DNA of 64,000 nucleotides from a virus: IMG/VR virus record IMGVR_UViG_3300013137_000015, positions 1 to 64,000 of that record; one strand, 5' to 3'. Shown piece by piece: positions 9,575 to 18,827 of this stretch (position 1 is its first letter; each line of letters starts with the position of its first letter). The notes under the pieces were generated by a model. It saw only the letters and a program-made list of their open reading frames with translations, ran no database searches and was not told where the DNA came from. The position numbers and the translations under genes were made by a program.

Positions 9575-11272
9575 TCAAATTTTACGTTTCCATATAAAAC
9601 ATATATGACCAGAATTATAAATTCGAAAAATATTTCTATTTTGCATTTCTTCGTGTTCTGTTTTATCTGTGTTCAACTTATTTTTTCTAAAATTGAATCT
9701 GTGCTTTCGTATTTTATCAACAACATAATGATAACCAATTTTTGTTATATGATCTTCTATAAAATCCAATTTTTTATATACATTACCATTAGAATAGCTT
9801 CTATCAGCATATGAAACTATTAAATTTGTATTATATTTAGTTGTAAAATATTTAAACAATTTGCTTGCACCACCTATAATATTAGTGTTCAATTTATTAC
9901 AAAAACGCAAAAGTTCATAGTCATATTGTTTTAATTTTCCAATACCCAATCTATTTTTACCAAGTGTCATTAAAGAAACTAATTCATTATTATAATATAA
10001 ACCTAATTTTACAGAAGAACCAACAAAACCTTGAATATGATTATTATTAAGAAAATCTCTTACTAAAATATTATCTGTTATTTCTTTTATTTCACATTTT
10101 CTAGCATAAATTCTATTTTCTATTTTGTTCAATTTATTTAAAATCATCGATTTAATTATATTTTTTTTATAATTCCAATCGTCTTCATAAATGTGTATTA
10201 ATTGAATATTTTTATTCAAACAATCTATTGTTTTATTATAATGATAATATTTAGGTTTATGTAATTCAGAATGCCAATATAAACCATTAAATTCAAAAGC
10301 TAATCCTAAATCAGGTAAATAAATATCTAATTCGTTTTTTATTGTATTTCTATCATTCTCTAATATTTTACCATTATAATTATTTTTTATAAAATTTAAT
10401 AATTCTATTTGTAATCCTGATATAGATTTATTAATAGGATTACATTCAGTACATAAAACGGTGTTTGTTCTTCTTCTACTACTTAATAAAACATAATTTA
10501 TTTTAAATTCATGACCATATTCGCATTTCATTAAATATTCTTTATTTTCTAAATCGATATTTATTACATTATATTCATCATAATAATTTAAAAATTTTGT
10601 TAATAATGTTTTGTTTTGTTTTTCTCTTGCTTTAATTTGTATATCTTTATTTTGTAAAGCATATTCAACACCATATCTTTCTTTCATAGTCTTTAATATT
10701 TTATCATTTATTTTCTTTACTTTTTTCACATTGTCAACACCATATCTTTCAAAATTTGTTTCTTTCATCTTTTCTTTTATTATATCAGATTTTAAAGGAA
10801 CAACCACATTATAGTTATCAAATAAAGTTTCTTTAGACTTTTTATTTATTTCATCATTTTGCAAAGGACAATTACATCCATATTTTTCATTATTCGTTTT
10901 TATCATTTTTTCTTTAATGATACTTGATTCTGCTGGTGTCTTTGTGCCAAATTTTTCTAATGATTTATTTTGTTTTTCCTTTATTATATTTGGATCTGTT
11001 CCTAAACATTTGTTACAACAATATGAATAATAACCAATTGTCGAATTTTTAAATTTCACTACATTATTACAATTTGGATTTTTACATCTTACAATTTCTT
11101 TTATATTATTTAAATAGTGATATACTTGTTGTTTAAATGGTAGTATAACAAGATTATATTTATTTACAAATGTTTTTATTTCTTCATAAATTTCATTATA
11201 ATGTTCTGTTACATATTTTTCTCTAAACATTTTACCAGATGGATCTATTAATTCCCTCAGTTTTTCTTTCAT
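9575..11272 (-). CDS. Homing endonuclease inserted between sheath and tube (KxTxxE(K/R)YG repeats plus PD-(D/E)XK domain)
   Basis: Repeats TNNEKYG, TNFERYG, TMKERYG; ELDIYLPDLGLAFEFNGLYWHS; YARKCEIKEI..NHIQG tail. Confidence 0.8.
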   Translation of the reverse strand: MKEKLRELIDPSGKMFREKYVTEHYNEIYEEIKTFVNKYNLVILPFKQQVYHYLNNIKEIVRCKNPNCNNVVKFKNSTIGYYSYCCNKCLGTDPNIIKEKQNKSLEKFGTKTPAESSIIKEKMIKTNNEKYGCNCPLQNDEINKKSKETLFDNYNVVVPLKSDIIKEKMKETNFERYGVDNVKKVKKINDKILKTMKERYGVEYALQNKDIQIKAREKQNKTLLTKFLNYYDEYNVINIDLENKEYLMKCEYGHEFKINYVLLSSRRRTNTVLCTECNPINKSISGLQIELLNFIKNNYNGKILENDRNTIKNELDIYLPDLGLAFEFNGLYWHSELHKPKYYHYNKTIDCLNKNIQLIHIYEDDWNYKKNIIKSMILNKLNKIENRIYARKCEIKEITDNILVRDFLNNNHIQGFVGSSVKLGLYYNNELVSLMTLGKNRLGIGKLKQYDYELLRFCNKLNTNIIGGASKLFKYFTTKYNTNLIVSYADRSYSNGNVYKKLDFIEDHITKIGYHYVVDKIRKHRFNFRKNKLNTDKTEHEEMQNRNIFRIYNSGHICFIWKRKI

Positions 11273-11306
11273 AATATAAGTATCTTTTATTCCTATATAT
11301 TAAAAG

Positions 11307-11337
11307 AAAAAAGCCAAAAAATGATTTTTGGCTTTTT
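11307..11337 (-). terminator. Terminator after the sheath gene
   Basis: AAAAGCCAAAAA..TTTTTGGCTTTT hairpin. Confidence 0.65.
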
Positions 11338-11345
11338 AAATTTAA

Positions 11346-14300
11346 TTATTGTGCGAATCCACCTGATTCAATATCACCTTTTTTCAAGATTGTAATATTG
11401 TTTACAATGATACCCATACCTTTAATGATCTCTATATACGTATCAAGAACACCCATTTGTAAATCTATGATATAATTTGTATTATTTGTTTCATCGATTA
11501 CATTTCTGAAATTGTATAAAGCGTCTCTATCTTGCATATCTTTACAGATTTTATCAGCTCTATATTTAATTTCGGCTCTGATTTCAGGAGTATTAAATCT
11601 CCATTGGTATCTAAGTAACATATCGTACAACGAGTTTTCAAGTTCAATCAAAACTTCTCTTGAGTGAATTATGCTCAATGAACTGTATGGAAATACTTGT
11701 GCAGTTGATTCTGAGTTAATAGCGTAACCTACATCTCTAACTTTAACGATTGGGTTAAGGTTCATAGCATATAAATTTTCTAAATCATTATCATTGAAAT
11801 CCATTTCTACACCAGCGATATTAGTAACTCTACCACTTGTGATACCTGCACATATTGTCCAAGGTTCGATTGCACCAGAGATCGATACAAATTTTTGCAT
11901 ATAGGTTGTTGCTGCCCAAGCTGATGGTGGTACATCTTTAGGTATACCGTTATCATCAACAGTTACATATGGGAAGAAGTAACCTACACAAGAACGACCA
12001 ACTCCACTTGCGAATGAATATAAGAATGATGGGTTTTTGCTTTCATCACCACCTGCTTTAAGATAGGTTGTATTCAAAGTTCTATCATCATTTATAAATG
12101 AAGGATTTGAACTTGATTTAAGTGTTCTAACACTTGGTGCATTAATGAAACCTAAGCAATTTAATTTCATTCCGCAAAGGTCAGCGAATTGTTGTTTTGA
12201 ATTTGCAGTTAATCCTAAACCAAATGAATCTACCAAATATCTCCAAGAGATTTTGTTTTTGTTTACAAGACCTTTAGCAAGATTTGTTGTTTTACCCATA
12301 ACATCAAGGATTGTAGTTAATCTTGATTCTGTGTTATTAGGTATAGAATCTGCGTGTATTGTAAATGGAGTTAATGCAATGCCTTTATATGTTGATGCAT
12401 AAGTATCAATATGTGGATAAAGTGTAGTTTGATAATCAACACCACCACCTACTTGTGAAATTTGTGAAATCTTAATAGGCGCATCTGTTGTAATAACTTT
12501 CCAATCAGTATTAGTAGAGTCTATTGTTGTACTTAATACTCTTGTAAGTTTACGAGCATCATAAGTCAAACTTTCATCATACCAAGCTTCAAGGAAATCA
12601 CCTTTCTTAATTTCTGAATATCTTAGTTTATCAACTTTAATTTGATAAACTAAGTTAGGTAGTTTAGTTGTATCTAAATATTCAATTTCAACAGTTTGTT
12701 TATAACTTGATTTATTTGACCAAATTGTAAGTTGGCTATCATAAGTTGATGTTGATGTCCAGTTAGTAATAGGTTGTGAACTTATTTGATCGTTAGCCAT
12801 TAAATCAATATACATAATATCTGTTCCTTGAATCCAAGATTTAATATAAATCTTTAATGTAGAACCTGTATCATTATTTACATAAGCATAATCCCAATTA
12901 TTAATTACACCATCATAAATATCAATGTATAAGTCTGAATATTTACCAATTATACCTGCAGCATATGAAGCACTTTGACCAGAACCACCCATTATTTCAA
13001 TTGGAGCTAATGTACTAACTAATCTATCCGTGGCTGTTGAACCAATTCTAAATTCATTATCAAGATAGTAAACTAACCATTTGTAAGAATTTGTATCATA
13101 AAAATCTGTATAATCATATGAACCTGTGTTAATTGTTATACTAGCGTTATAAGTTGTTGAATAATCTATGAATGTTGCATTTTCTATTGCAAGTTTGTAG
13201 CCAGTTGTATTATTAATTAAAAGACCTTTTCCATCACCAAGATAAGACTCCATCTCATCATAAGCTGCTCTATATCTTAATTGTGTATAGTCCTTTAAGC
13301 TTGTTGCTCCAAGTGTATTACCAAATGTTAATACAGTATAATTTGTATCAGCAATAGTGTAACCACTTATAACAATATCAGTTAAAGGTAAATAACCAGC
13401 AGTATAATCTAATGTTATAGGAGTATACTCTGTGTCAATATAATGATCAGTTATACCTGATGGTGTTGATAAACTTGTGTCAGCAGATAATACTTGGAAA
13501 TGAACATAACCTAAAATAATAGCATCTGAATAATTTGTGTCAAAGTCTGGTAATTCAGCAGTTGAATTATCAGATTGCGTACCTTTAAGTATATTTACTG
13601 TATCTGTACCTTCTGTTAAATATAATACATCATATCTTTCAATACCTGTATCTTTATTAGAAGAAGAAATTGTTAATGGTTCAAATGTATAAACTGTTGT
13701 ACCACTATCAAGTTTATATTGAGCACCACCTAAATTAAAATATGATGCAGTTGATAAATCAAATTCTACTGTAGCTTTTTGTACGTAGAAATTTGAAGGC
13801 AATGTTGTAGTACCAGTTGCAAAAAGTATTGGCGAACCACCATATGTTTCTGATAAGCTAATCCAGTCATTATTTGTTGCAGATTCTTCAACATAATATG
13901 ATTGATAAGCTATAAGACCACCATAATTTTGGTTAACATAAACCACATCACCTGCTACGAATTTTGAATGATAATCACTTACTGGTGATGTATCAAAATC
14001 AACTGTAGCCGCATAATTTGTACATAACCAACTCTTACCTGTAGCATATGTTACTTCAGTCATATTAATAAGAGTCCTTCCTGTACTATTGATATGTGTA
14101 TTATGAACATACCAATTTGTATTAGAAGCTTTTCTACTTGCTCTTGAAGCAAAAGCATCTGTATATAAATCTGTACTATAATTACCAAATACATTATTTA
14201 ATGCATCTAATGATACTTGTTCATAAGTAAGTGATTCAATAATACTTTCTTGATATGACAAGAAATCAATTTCACTTGTTTCTTCACCTACAACACCATC

Positions 14301-15239
14301 ACCAATTAAATCAAGTTTTCCTGTTGGATAATCAGAATCTAATAAAACACTTTCATTATAAGCACAGAATAAACCAGTCTTATCGGTGTTGTTATTAATA
14401 GTAGATTTGATATACATATCTCTACCATCAAGATCCTTAAAATAAGGAATTAATGAACAGTCATAATAAGCTGCAACTGTTACATTAGTTTCATTAACAA
14501 AGTCTTGAATTGTAGTTTTATCTAAACCTTCAGATGTGAAGTAATTGCTCCAAGTTGTATCAACTGACAAGTTATCATAATCTGTCCAGTCACCATAAAC
14601 AACTAATACAGAAACCATATAATCAGAAATCCAATCTTTTGGGTGAATGTATGCAGGAACTTTTGTAACACCTCCATACCAATCTTCTGCTGTTACATCA
14701 AATCCAGTTACGGATGATTTATAAAGGAAAACTGTGATAGTTTTATCACCTAAGTTTGTTATATGTAATAATCTATCTTCATCTGGTGTTGGATCATTTA
14801 CATAATCTAAAAATGATTCATCATCTCTATTCCAGAAATCTTGTCTGTTGAATATTCTTGAATATGGAATTTGTGCTGAAGCAGCATTGTCATAAGCTGA
14901 TGCACAAGATACAGATTTCCAAGTTAATTTGTCTCTTGTATCATTTGTACTCAATAAATTTAGAGCCCATATTGGACCGTTTTCCAACATTTTTATACAA
15001 GTTCTGTGGAAAAATGAACCTTTTCTTTCCAAAGATTTGTCTATTTCACCAAATATTGTTTCAAAATCAGTTCTATTTGTTACATAAACAGGTCTATTTA
15101 CTGGTCCTTTTTTTGAAAATCCTGGTACTAAATTAATTAGCACATTCTGTACTGGCAATTCTATAATAGACTGGTCTATTTCGTTGATAAAAATACCTGG
15201 TCTTTTATATTTTCCAAGGTCCTTTGTTTGTACGCCCAT
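11346..15239 (-). CDS. Contractile tail sheath protein (gp18-like) with large central insertions
   Basis: N-terminal RPGIFINEID..GFSKKGPVNRP; C-terminal VPPSA, LNPI, IHSREVLIELE, VIDETNNT. Confidence 0.92.
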   Translation of the reverse strand: MGVQTKDLGKYKRPGIFINEIDQSIIELPVQNVLINLVPGFSKKGPVNRPVYVTNRTDFETIFGEIDKSLERKGSFFHRTCIKMLENGPIWALNLLSTNDTRDKLTWKSVSCASAYDNAASAQIPYSRIFNRQDFWNRDDESFLDYVNDPTPDEDRLLHITNLGDKTITVFLYKSSVTGFDVTAEDWYGGVTKVPAYIHPKDWISDYMVSVLVVYGDWTDYDNLSVDTTWSNYFTSEGLDKTTIQDFVNETNVTVAAYYDCSLIPYFKDLDGRDMYIKSTINNNTDKTGLFCAYNESVLLDSDYPTGKLDLIGDGVVGEETSEIDFLSYQESIIESLTYEQVSLDALNNVFGNYSTDLYTDAFASRASRKASNTNWYVHNTHINSTGRTLINMTEVTYATGKSWLCTNYAATVDFDTSPVSDYHSKFVAGDVVYVNQNYGGLIAYQSYYVEESATNNDWISLSETYGGSPILFATGTTTLPSNFYVQKATVEFDLSTASYFNLGGAQYKLDSGTTVYTFEPLTISSSNKDTGIERYDVLYLTEGTDTVNILKGTQSDNSTAELPDFDTNYSDAIILGYVHFQVLSADTSLSTPSGITDHYIDTEYTPITLDYTAGYLPLTDIVISGYTIADTNYTVLTFGNTLGATSLKDYTQLRYRAAYDEMESYLGDGKGLLINNTTGYKLAIENATFIDYSTTYNASITINTGSYDYTDFYDTNSYKWLVYYLDNEFRIGSTATDRLVSTLAPIEIMGGSGQSASYAAGIIGKYSDLYIDIYDGVINNWDYAYVNNDTGSTLKIYIKSWIQGTDIMYIDLMANDQISSQPITNWTSTSTYDSQLTIWSNKSSYKQTVEIEYLDTTKLPNLVYQIKVDKLRYSEIKKGDFLEAWYDESLTYDARKLTRVLSTTIDSTNTDWKVITTDAPIKISQISQVGGGVDYQTTLYPHIDTYASTYKGIALTPFTIHADSIPNNTESRLTTILDVMGKTTNLAKGLVNKNKISWRYLVDSFGLGLTANSKQQFADLCGMKLNCLGFINAPSVRTLKSSSNPSFINDDRTLNTTYLKAGGDESKNPSFLYSFASGVGRSCVGYFFPYVTVDDNGIPKDVPPSAWAATTYMQKFVSISGAIEPWTICAGITSGRVTNIAGVEMDFNDNDLENLYAMNLNPIVKVRDVGYAINSESTAQVFPYSSLSIIHSREVLIELENSLYDMLLRYQWRFNTPEIRAEIKYRADKICKDMQDRDALYNFRNVIDETNNTNYIIDLQMGVLDTYIEIIKGMGIIVNNITILKKGDIESGGFAQ

Positions 15240-15265
15240 ATAAAGTTAATTTTTTTTTCTTTTTA

Positions 15266-15700
15266 TTATATATTAAATAAAAAATCCATTTTTTCGTTAA
15301 TTTTATCCTTATAAGATATTCTCAACAAAAATATTCCATTTTTAAAACAATAATTATCTCTGATTTTATCTTTTATTTGTATTTCTTCAAACTTTTCTAT
15401 ACCACCAAAATAATCAATAGGTTTATAATGTTGTAAACCATCATATTCTATACACATATTCAAAATTGGTAAATAAAAATCAAACGGTAATTTATATTTA
15501 TATCTACAATTATCAAATGTATGTTCTCGTAGATATTTTATTCTCAATGAATCTGGTGATTGTGGAAATATATAACCGCAATCATTACATTTTATCATAA
15601 CTTTTGTTCTAGTATTTATGTAATTTACTAAACTATAATCATATTTATCACCGTGTATTTGTGCTTTTGATACAAATTCATCTTTGGTCAACTTTTTCAT
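15266..15700 (-). pseudogene. Internally deleted homing endonuclease, paralogous to 5303-6214
   Basis: One incomplete Zn repeat (CNDCGYIFPQSPDS) is joined directly to LPFDFYLP..IEYDGLQH; the GCPxC and SxGE segments are missing. Confidence 0.6.
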
Positions 15701-15715
15701 ATAGATATATATTAA

Positions 15716-15746
15716 AAAAGTGGTTAATAAAAAATTAACCACTTTT
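15716..15746 (-). terminator. Intrinsic terminator
   Basis: AAAAGTGGTTAAT..ATTAACCACTTTT. Confidence 0.65.
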
Positions 15747-15766
15747 AGAGTTGTTGATATTGATGT

Positions 15767-16942
15767 TTACAAAAGATTTTTAAGGTGTTTTCTGAAGATT
15801 ATTTCAACCTCTTCTTTATACTTAACAGGATAACAGATAGAATCATGAATAGTGAACAACTTTATCTCTGGAAATTTCATTTTTATCTCAGTAACAACCT
15901 TACCGAATATAAAATCACTTTCTAATAACTGTAATTCATGACTTAATTCCTTATATGAATCGGACATATCTTTATATTCTTTTATATATGAATATATCGA
16001 TGGATATAACTTTTGAAACATCTTATCTGATTCTCTATACTTATTGTGTCCAAATAAAACCTTATACATTAAGGTTTTAGCATCGTTTCTATTTTGTATT
16101 TTATCTGGATATGCTTGTAATATTTGATCGTATATCAAACCGTTCTTAACACATTCAACATATTTTTTCACTTCATCATTAAAATTCTTTTCACTTAATT
16201 CATTTTTTAGATATACTGCAAAGAAAAATGGTTGAGAATTACTTATGTCTGTTTCTTTTATATCTTCACCATCTATTGTGAGATAATTGTTCCTTAGATA
16301 TTTTTTAAGAACAGTGAAATTAGTATGCAATCTACCATAACCATCAAATTTGAAAAAAATATGACCAGTATTTATACCATCTATTGATATAAGATTTTTA
16401 AAATATTTATTTAGGTCTAAGTCTTTATTAGCCTTTTTATTATTTAACCAGTCCAATGATTTTTCATAATCTATTGCAACATGGTATAAATCATCTATCA
16501 ACTTTTTCCTTAAATTAAAATCTATAGGACTCTCTTGTTGAGATGTAAATGTACGATATAAATAATCTTTACTATGTTTTTTGAGTAAGATATTATCAGT
16601 TATTTTGTGTCTTGTTATGTCAAATGTAGTTATATTAAGTTTGTAAGTCTTTGATTTTCTACCTGCATAATAATTAGAGGTGAGTTTCATGAACTTAATA
16701 TATGTAAGATATTCTATATAAATATTGTATGTTTTACCATACTTTCTTCTTAATATACTTGACCATAAATTATGAGATTCTTCATTAGTTGTTAGATACC
16801 TGAGTATTAACTCATGCATTATATTAATAATGTAATCTGTTTTTAACTTATATTCTTTATATTCAATTGTTTTAACTTTTGTTAAATGTTCAAATTCTCG
16901 GGGGATAAATTGCCAGAAAAAAGTCTTATCAGGTCTGCACAT
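15767..16942 (-). CDS. Minimal family-A polymerase-fold protein without a recognisable exonuclease domain
   Basis: GRLH; motif A DISNSQP; motif B RNDAKTLMYKVLFG; LQLLES; motif C IHDS. Confidence 0.6.
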   Translation of the reverse strand: MCRPDKTFFWQFIPREFEHLTKVKTIEYKEYKLKTDYIINIMHELILRYLTTNEESHNLWSSILRRKYGKTYNIYIEYLTYIKFMKLTSNYYAGRKSKTYKLNITTFDITRHKITDNILLKKHSKDYLYRTFTSQQESPIDFNLRKKLIDDLYHVAIDYEKSLDWLNNKKANKDLDLNKYFKNLISIDGINTGHIFFKFDGYGRLHTNFTVLKKYLRNNYLTIDGEDIKETDISNSQPFFFAVYLKNELSEKNFNDEVKKYVECVKNGLIYDQILQAYPDKIQNRNDAKTLMYKVLFGHNKYRESDKMFQKLYPSIYSYIKEYKDMSDSYKELSHELQLLESDFIFGKVVTEIKMKFPEIKLFTIHDSICYPVKYKEEVEIIFRKHLKNLL

Positions 16943-17056
16943 TCATATATCATTCGTTTTGTAATTTTACTCGATTTCATCAATAAAGTTTTATAAATTA
17001 AAATTATTAGTAAGTATCATGATTTTGCACTTTTTTTTATTTTGAAATTTTTGCCA

Positions 17057-17064
17057 TATCTTTG
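17057..17064 (+). promoter_or_regulatory. Bacteroidota sigmaA-type -7 element TAnnTTTG; also at 21108, 21273, 23661 and 38039
   Basis: Five intergenic TATCTTTG copies, each upstream of a + strand non-structural gene. Confidence 0.65.
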
Positions 17065-17088
17065 CATTGTAGAAGAAATATCTGAAAA

Positions 17089-17280
17089 ATGAAAAATACT
17101 TATTTAGAATGTTCACGCCCAAAACTTTATGAGAAGGCTTATAAAGAAATGCCTATTTTTGATGCAAAACAAGGTGTTGTTTCTCACCCACTTGATAAAA
17201 AGTGGTTAAGAGAAGAAAAATTAGAAAGAATAGAAAATCCTTCAGATGGTGTCCTTTACAAGATATTATTCAAAAATTGA
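17089..17280 (+). CDS. Small hypothetical protein with an LREEKLERI motif
   Basis: ORF downstream of a TATCTTTG box. Confidence 0.55.
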   Translation: MKNTYLECSRPKLYEKAYKEMPIFDAKQGVVSHPLDKKWLREEKLERIENPSDGVLYKILFKN

Positions 17281-17335
17281 AATAAACTTTTAAAAAAATA
17301 AATAATACATTAGAAACATAAAAACATTTTCAAAT

Positions 17336-17599
17336 ATGAACGAAAACGCTAACGCAAATAAAGAAAGTATTTTAGCACAATTTTCCACTGATATTACGGA
17401 ACTTGCAAAATCTGATTTGCTCGACCCTGTGATTGGTAGAGAAAGAGAAATTGAAAGGGTTGCTCAAATACTTTCACGTAGAAATAAGAACAATCCCGTT
17501 CTTATAGGAGAACCTGGTTGTGTTGATAGTGATACAATAATAAACGTACAGAAAATATCAGATGATTTTTCTCATGAAAATGTAGAAATTGACTATTAA
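17336..17599 (+). CDS. clpC: ClpC-like ATPase N-extein (61 aa) fused to a 26-aa N-terminal split-intein fragment
   Basis: [33 protein letters not shown], then C-VDSDTII (intein block A; Cys codon at 17519), then stop. Confidence 0.9.
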   Translation: MNENANANKESILAQFSTDITELAKSDLLDPVIGREREIERVAQILSRRNKNNPVLIGEPGCVDSDTIINVQKISDDFSHENVEIDY

Positions 17600-17601
17600 T
17601 T

Positions 17602-17612
17602 TTTAATATATA
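17602..17612 (+). promoter_or_regulatory. Putative late promoter TTTAATATATA; 14 exact copies counted in the window
   Basis: Also + strand at 38959 and 59690; - strand at 6220, 8851, 9509, 9556, 11294, 15267, 15706, 22549, 23582, 47281 and 59629. Nearly all lie just upstream of a co-oriented start codon. Confidence 0.7.
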
Positions 17613-17654
17613 GTTATACAGGTGTAGGGAAATACCAACACCAAATTTACTAAT

Positions 17655-18827
17655 ATGATAATAAAAATAAAAGGCAAAAAAGATTTAATATTCAATGACT
17701 ATAATAGTTTTTATGAATATGTTAAGATTAATATTATAAATAATCTAAAATTTGATTATTTATCTAAATTAGAAATATTTTACAATAATAATTCTAATTT
17801 CGATGGTATAAAAAATTTTAAATATATTGTTCGAAAATTATATTATAATACAACACACTTAAATAAAGAATATTGGATATCCAGAGGATGGAATAATGAT
17901 GAAGCTCTTTCTAAAATAAAAGAAATTCAAAGAAAAAATTCTAATATTTCTCAAGAAAAATCTAAAAAATTGAAAGAAAAAGATTATTTAAAATGGTGTG
18001 AGTCTCGTACAACTAAAAAAGAATACTATCTTAAAAAAGGATTGTCTGAAGAAGAATCATTAGAAGCTTTAAGCAAAAGACAATGTACATTTTCGTTAGA
18101 AAAATGTATAAACAAATATGGTGATGAAGGTCTTAATATTTGGAAAAATAGGCAGGAAAAATGGTATAATAAAATTAAAAATTATAATTTTGATAAAAAT
18201 TCATCATCATCGACATATTTTAAAAACAAATATGGAAATGATTGGATAATATATGCAATAAATAAATTATCATTCATAAATAAAGAATTTATAAAAAATA
18301 TTATAAAAACAAGTAGTAATGATTTTAAAAAATTTTTAAAGGAATATTCAAAATATAAAACCATTATTTCTTTACAGGATTTATATTTTTTATATAACTC
18401 TAATATTTTACTAGAATTTTTTAATCTTACTAAAAATGAAATGATTGATATTATAAAAAAAGAATTGAATATTAAAATATTATCATTCGGAAATATTAGA
18501 TATTTCAATGGGCATATATGTAGAAGTAATGGTGAATATTATATCGCTAAAAAATTAAAAGAAAATGATATTACATATATTTATGAAAAAAAATATACAA
18601 ATAGTAATTATATTTGTGATTTTTATATACCAAAATATGATTTATACGTAGAATATCTGGGAATGATAAAAAGTGACTACACTAAAAAGAATCATCCAGA
18701 AATATATTTTAAATATGTAGAAAAATATAATCAAAAAGAAATATTTTGTAAAGAAAATCATATAAATTATATGTATGAAAAAGACTTTAAAATAATAACA
18801 CAAAAAATAATAAACTATGGAAATTAA
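17655..18827 (+). mobile_element. Free-standing homing endonuclease between the split-intein halves
   Basis: YWISRGW/YYLKKGL..EE helical repeats; C-terminal RSNGE..CDFYIPKYDLYVEYLG PD-(D/E)XK motif; very low GC; overlaps the IntC start. Confidence 0.75.

Noticed and set aside
17336-18827. clp as a disrupted pseudogene or a group I intron insertion
   Set aside because: Intein blocks A, B, F and G are intact and rejoin the Walker A exactly; the non-coding gap is only about 55 nt, too short for an intron core
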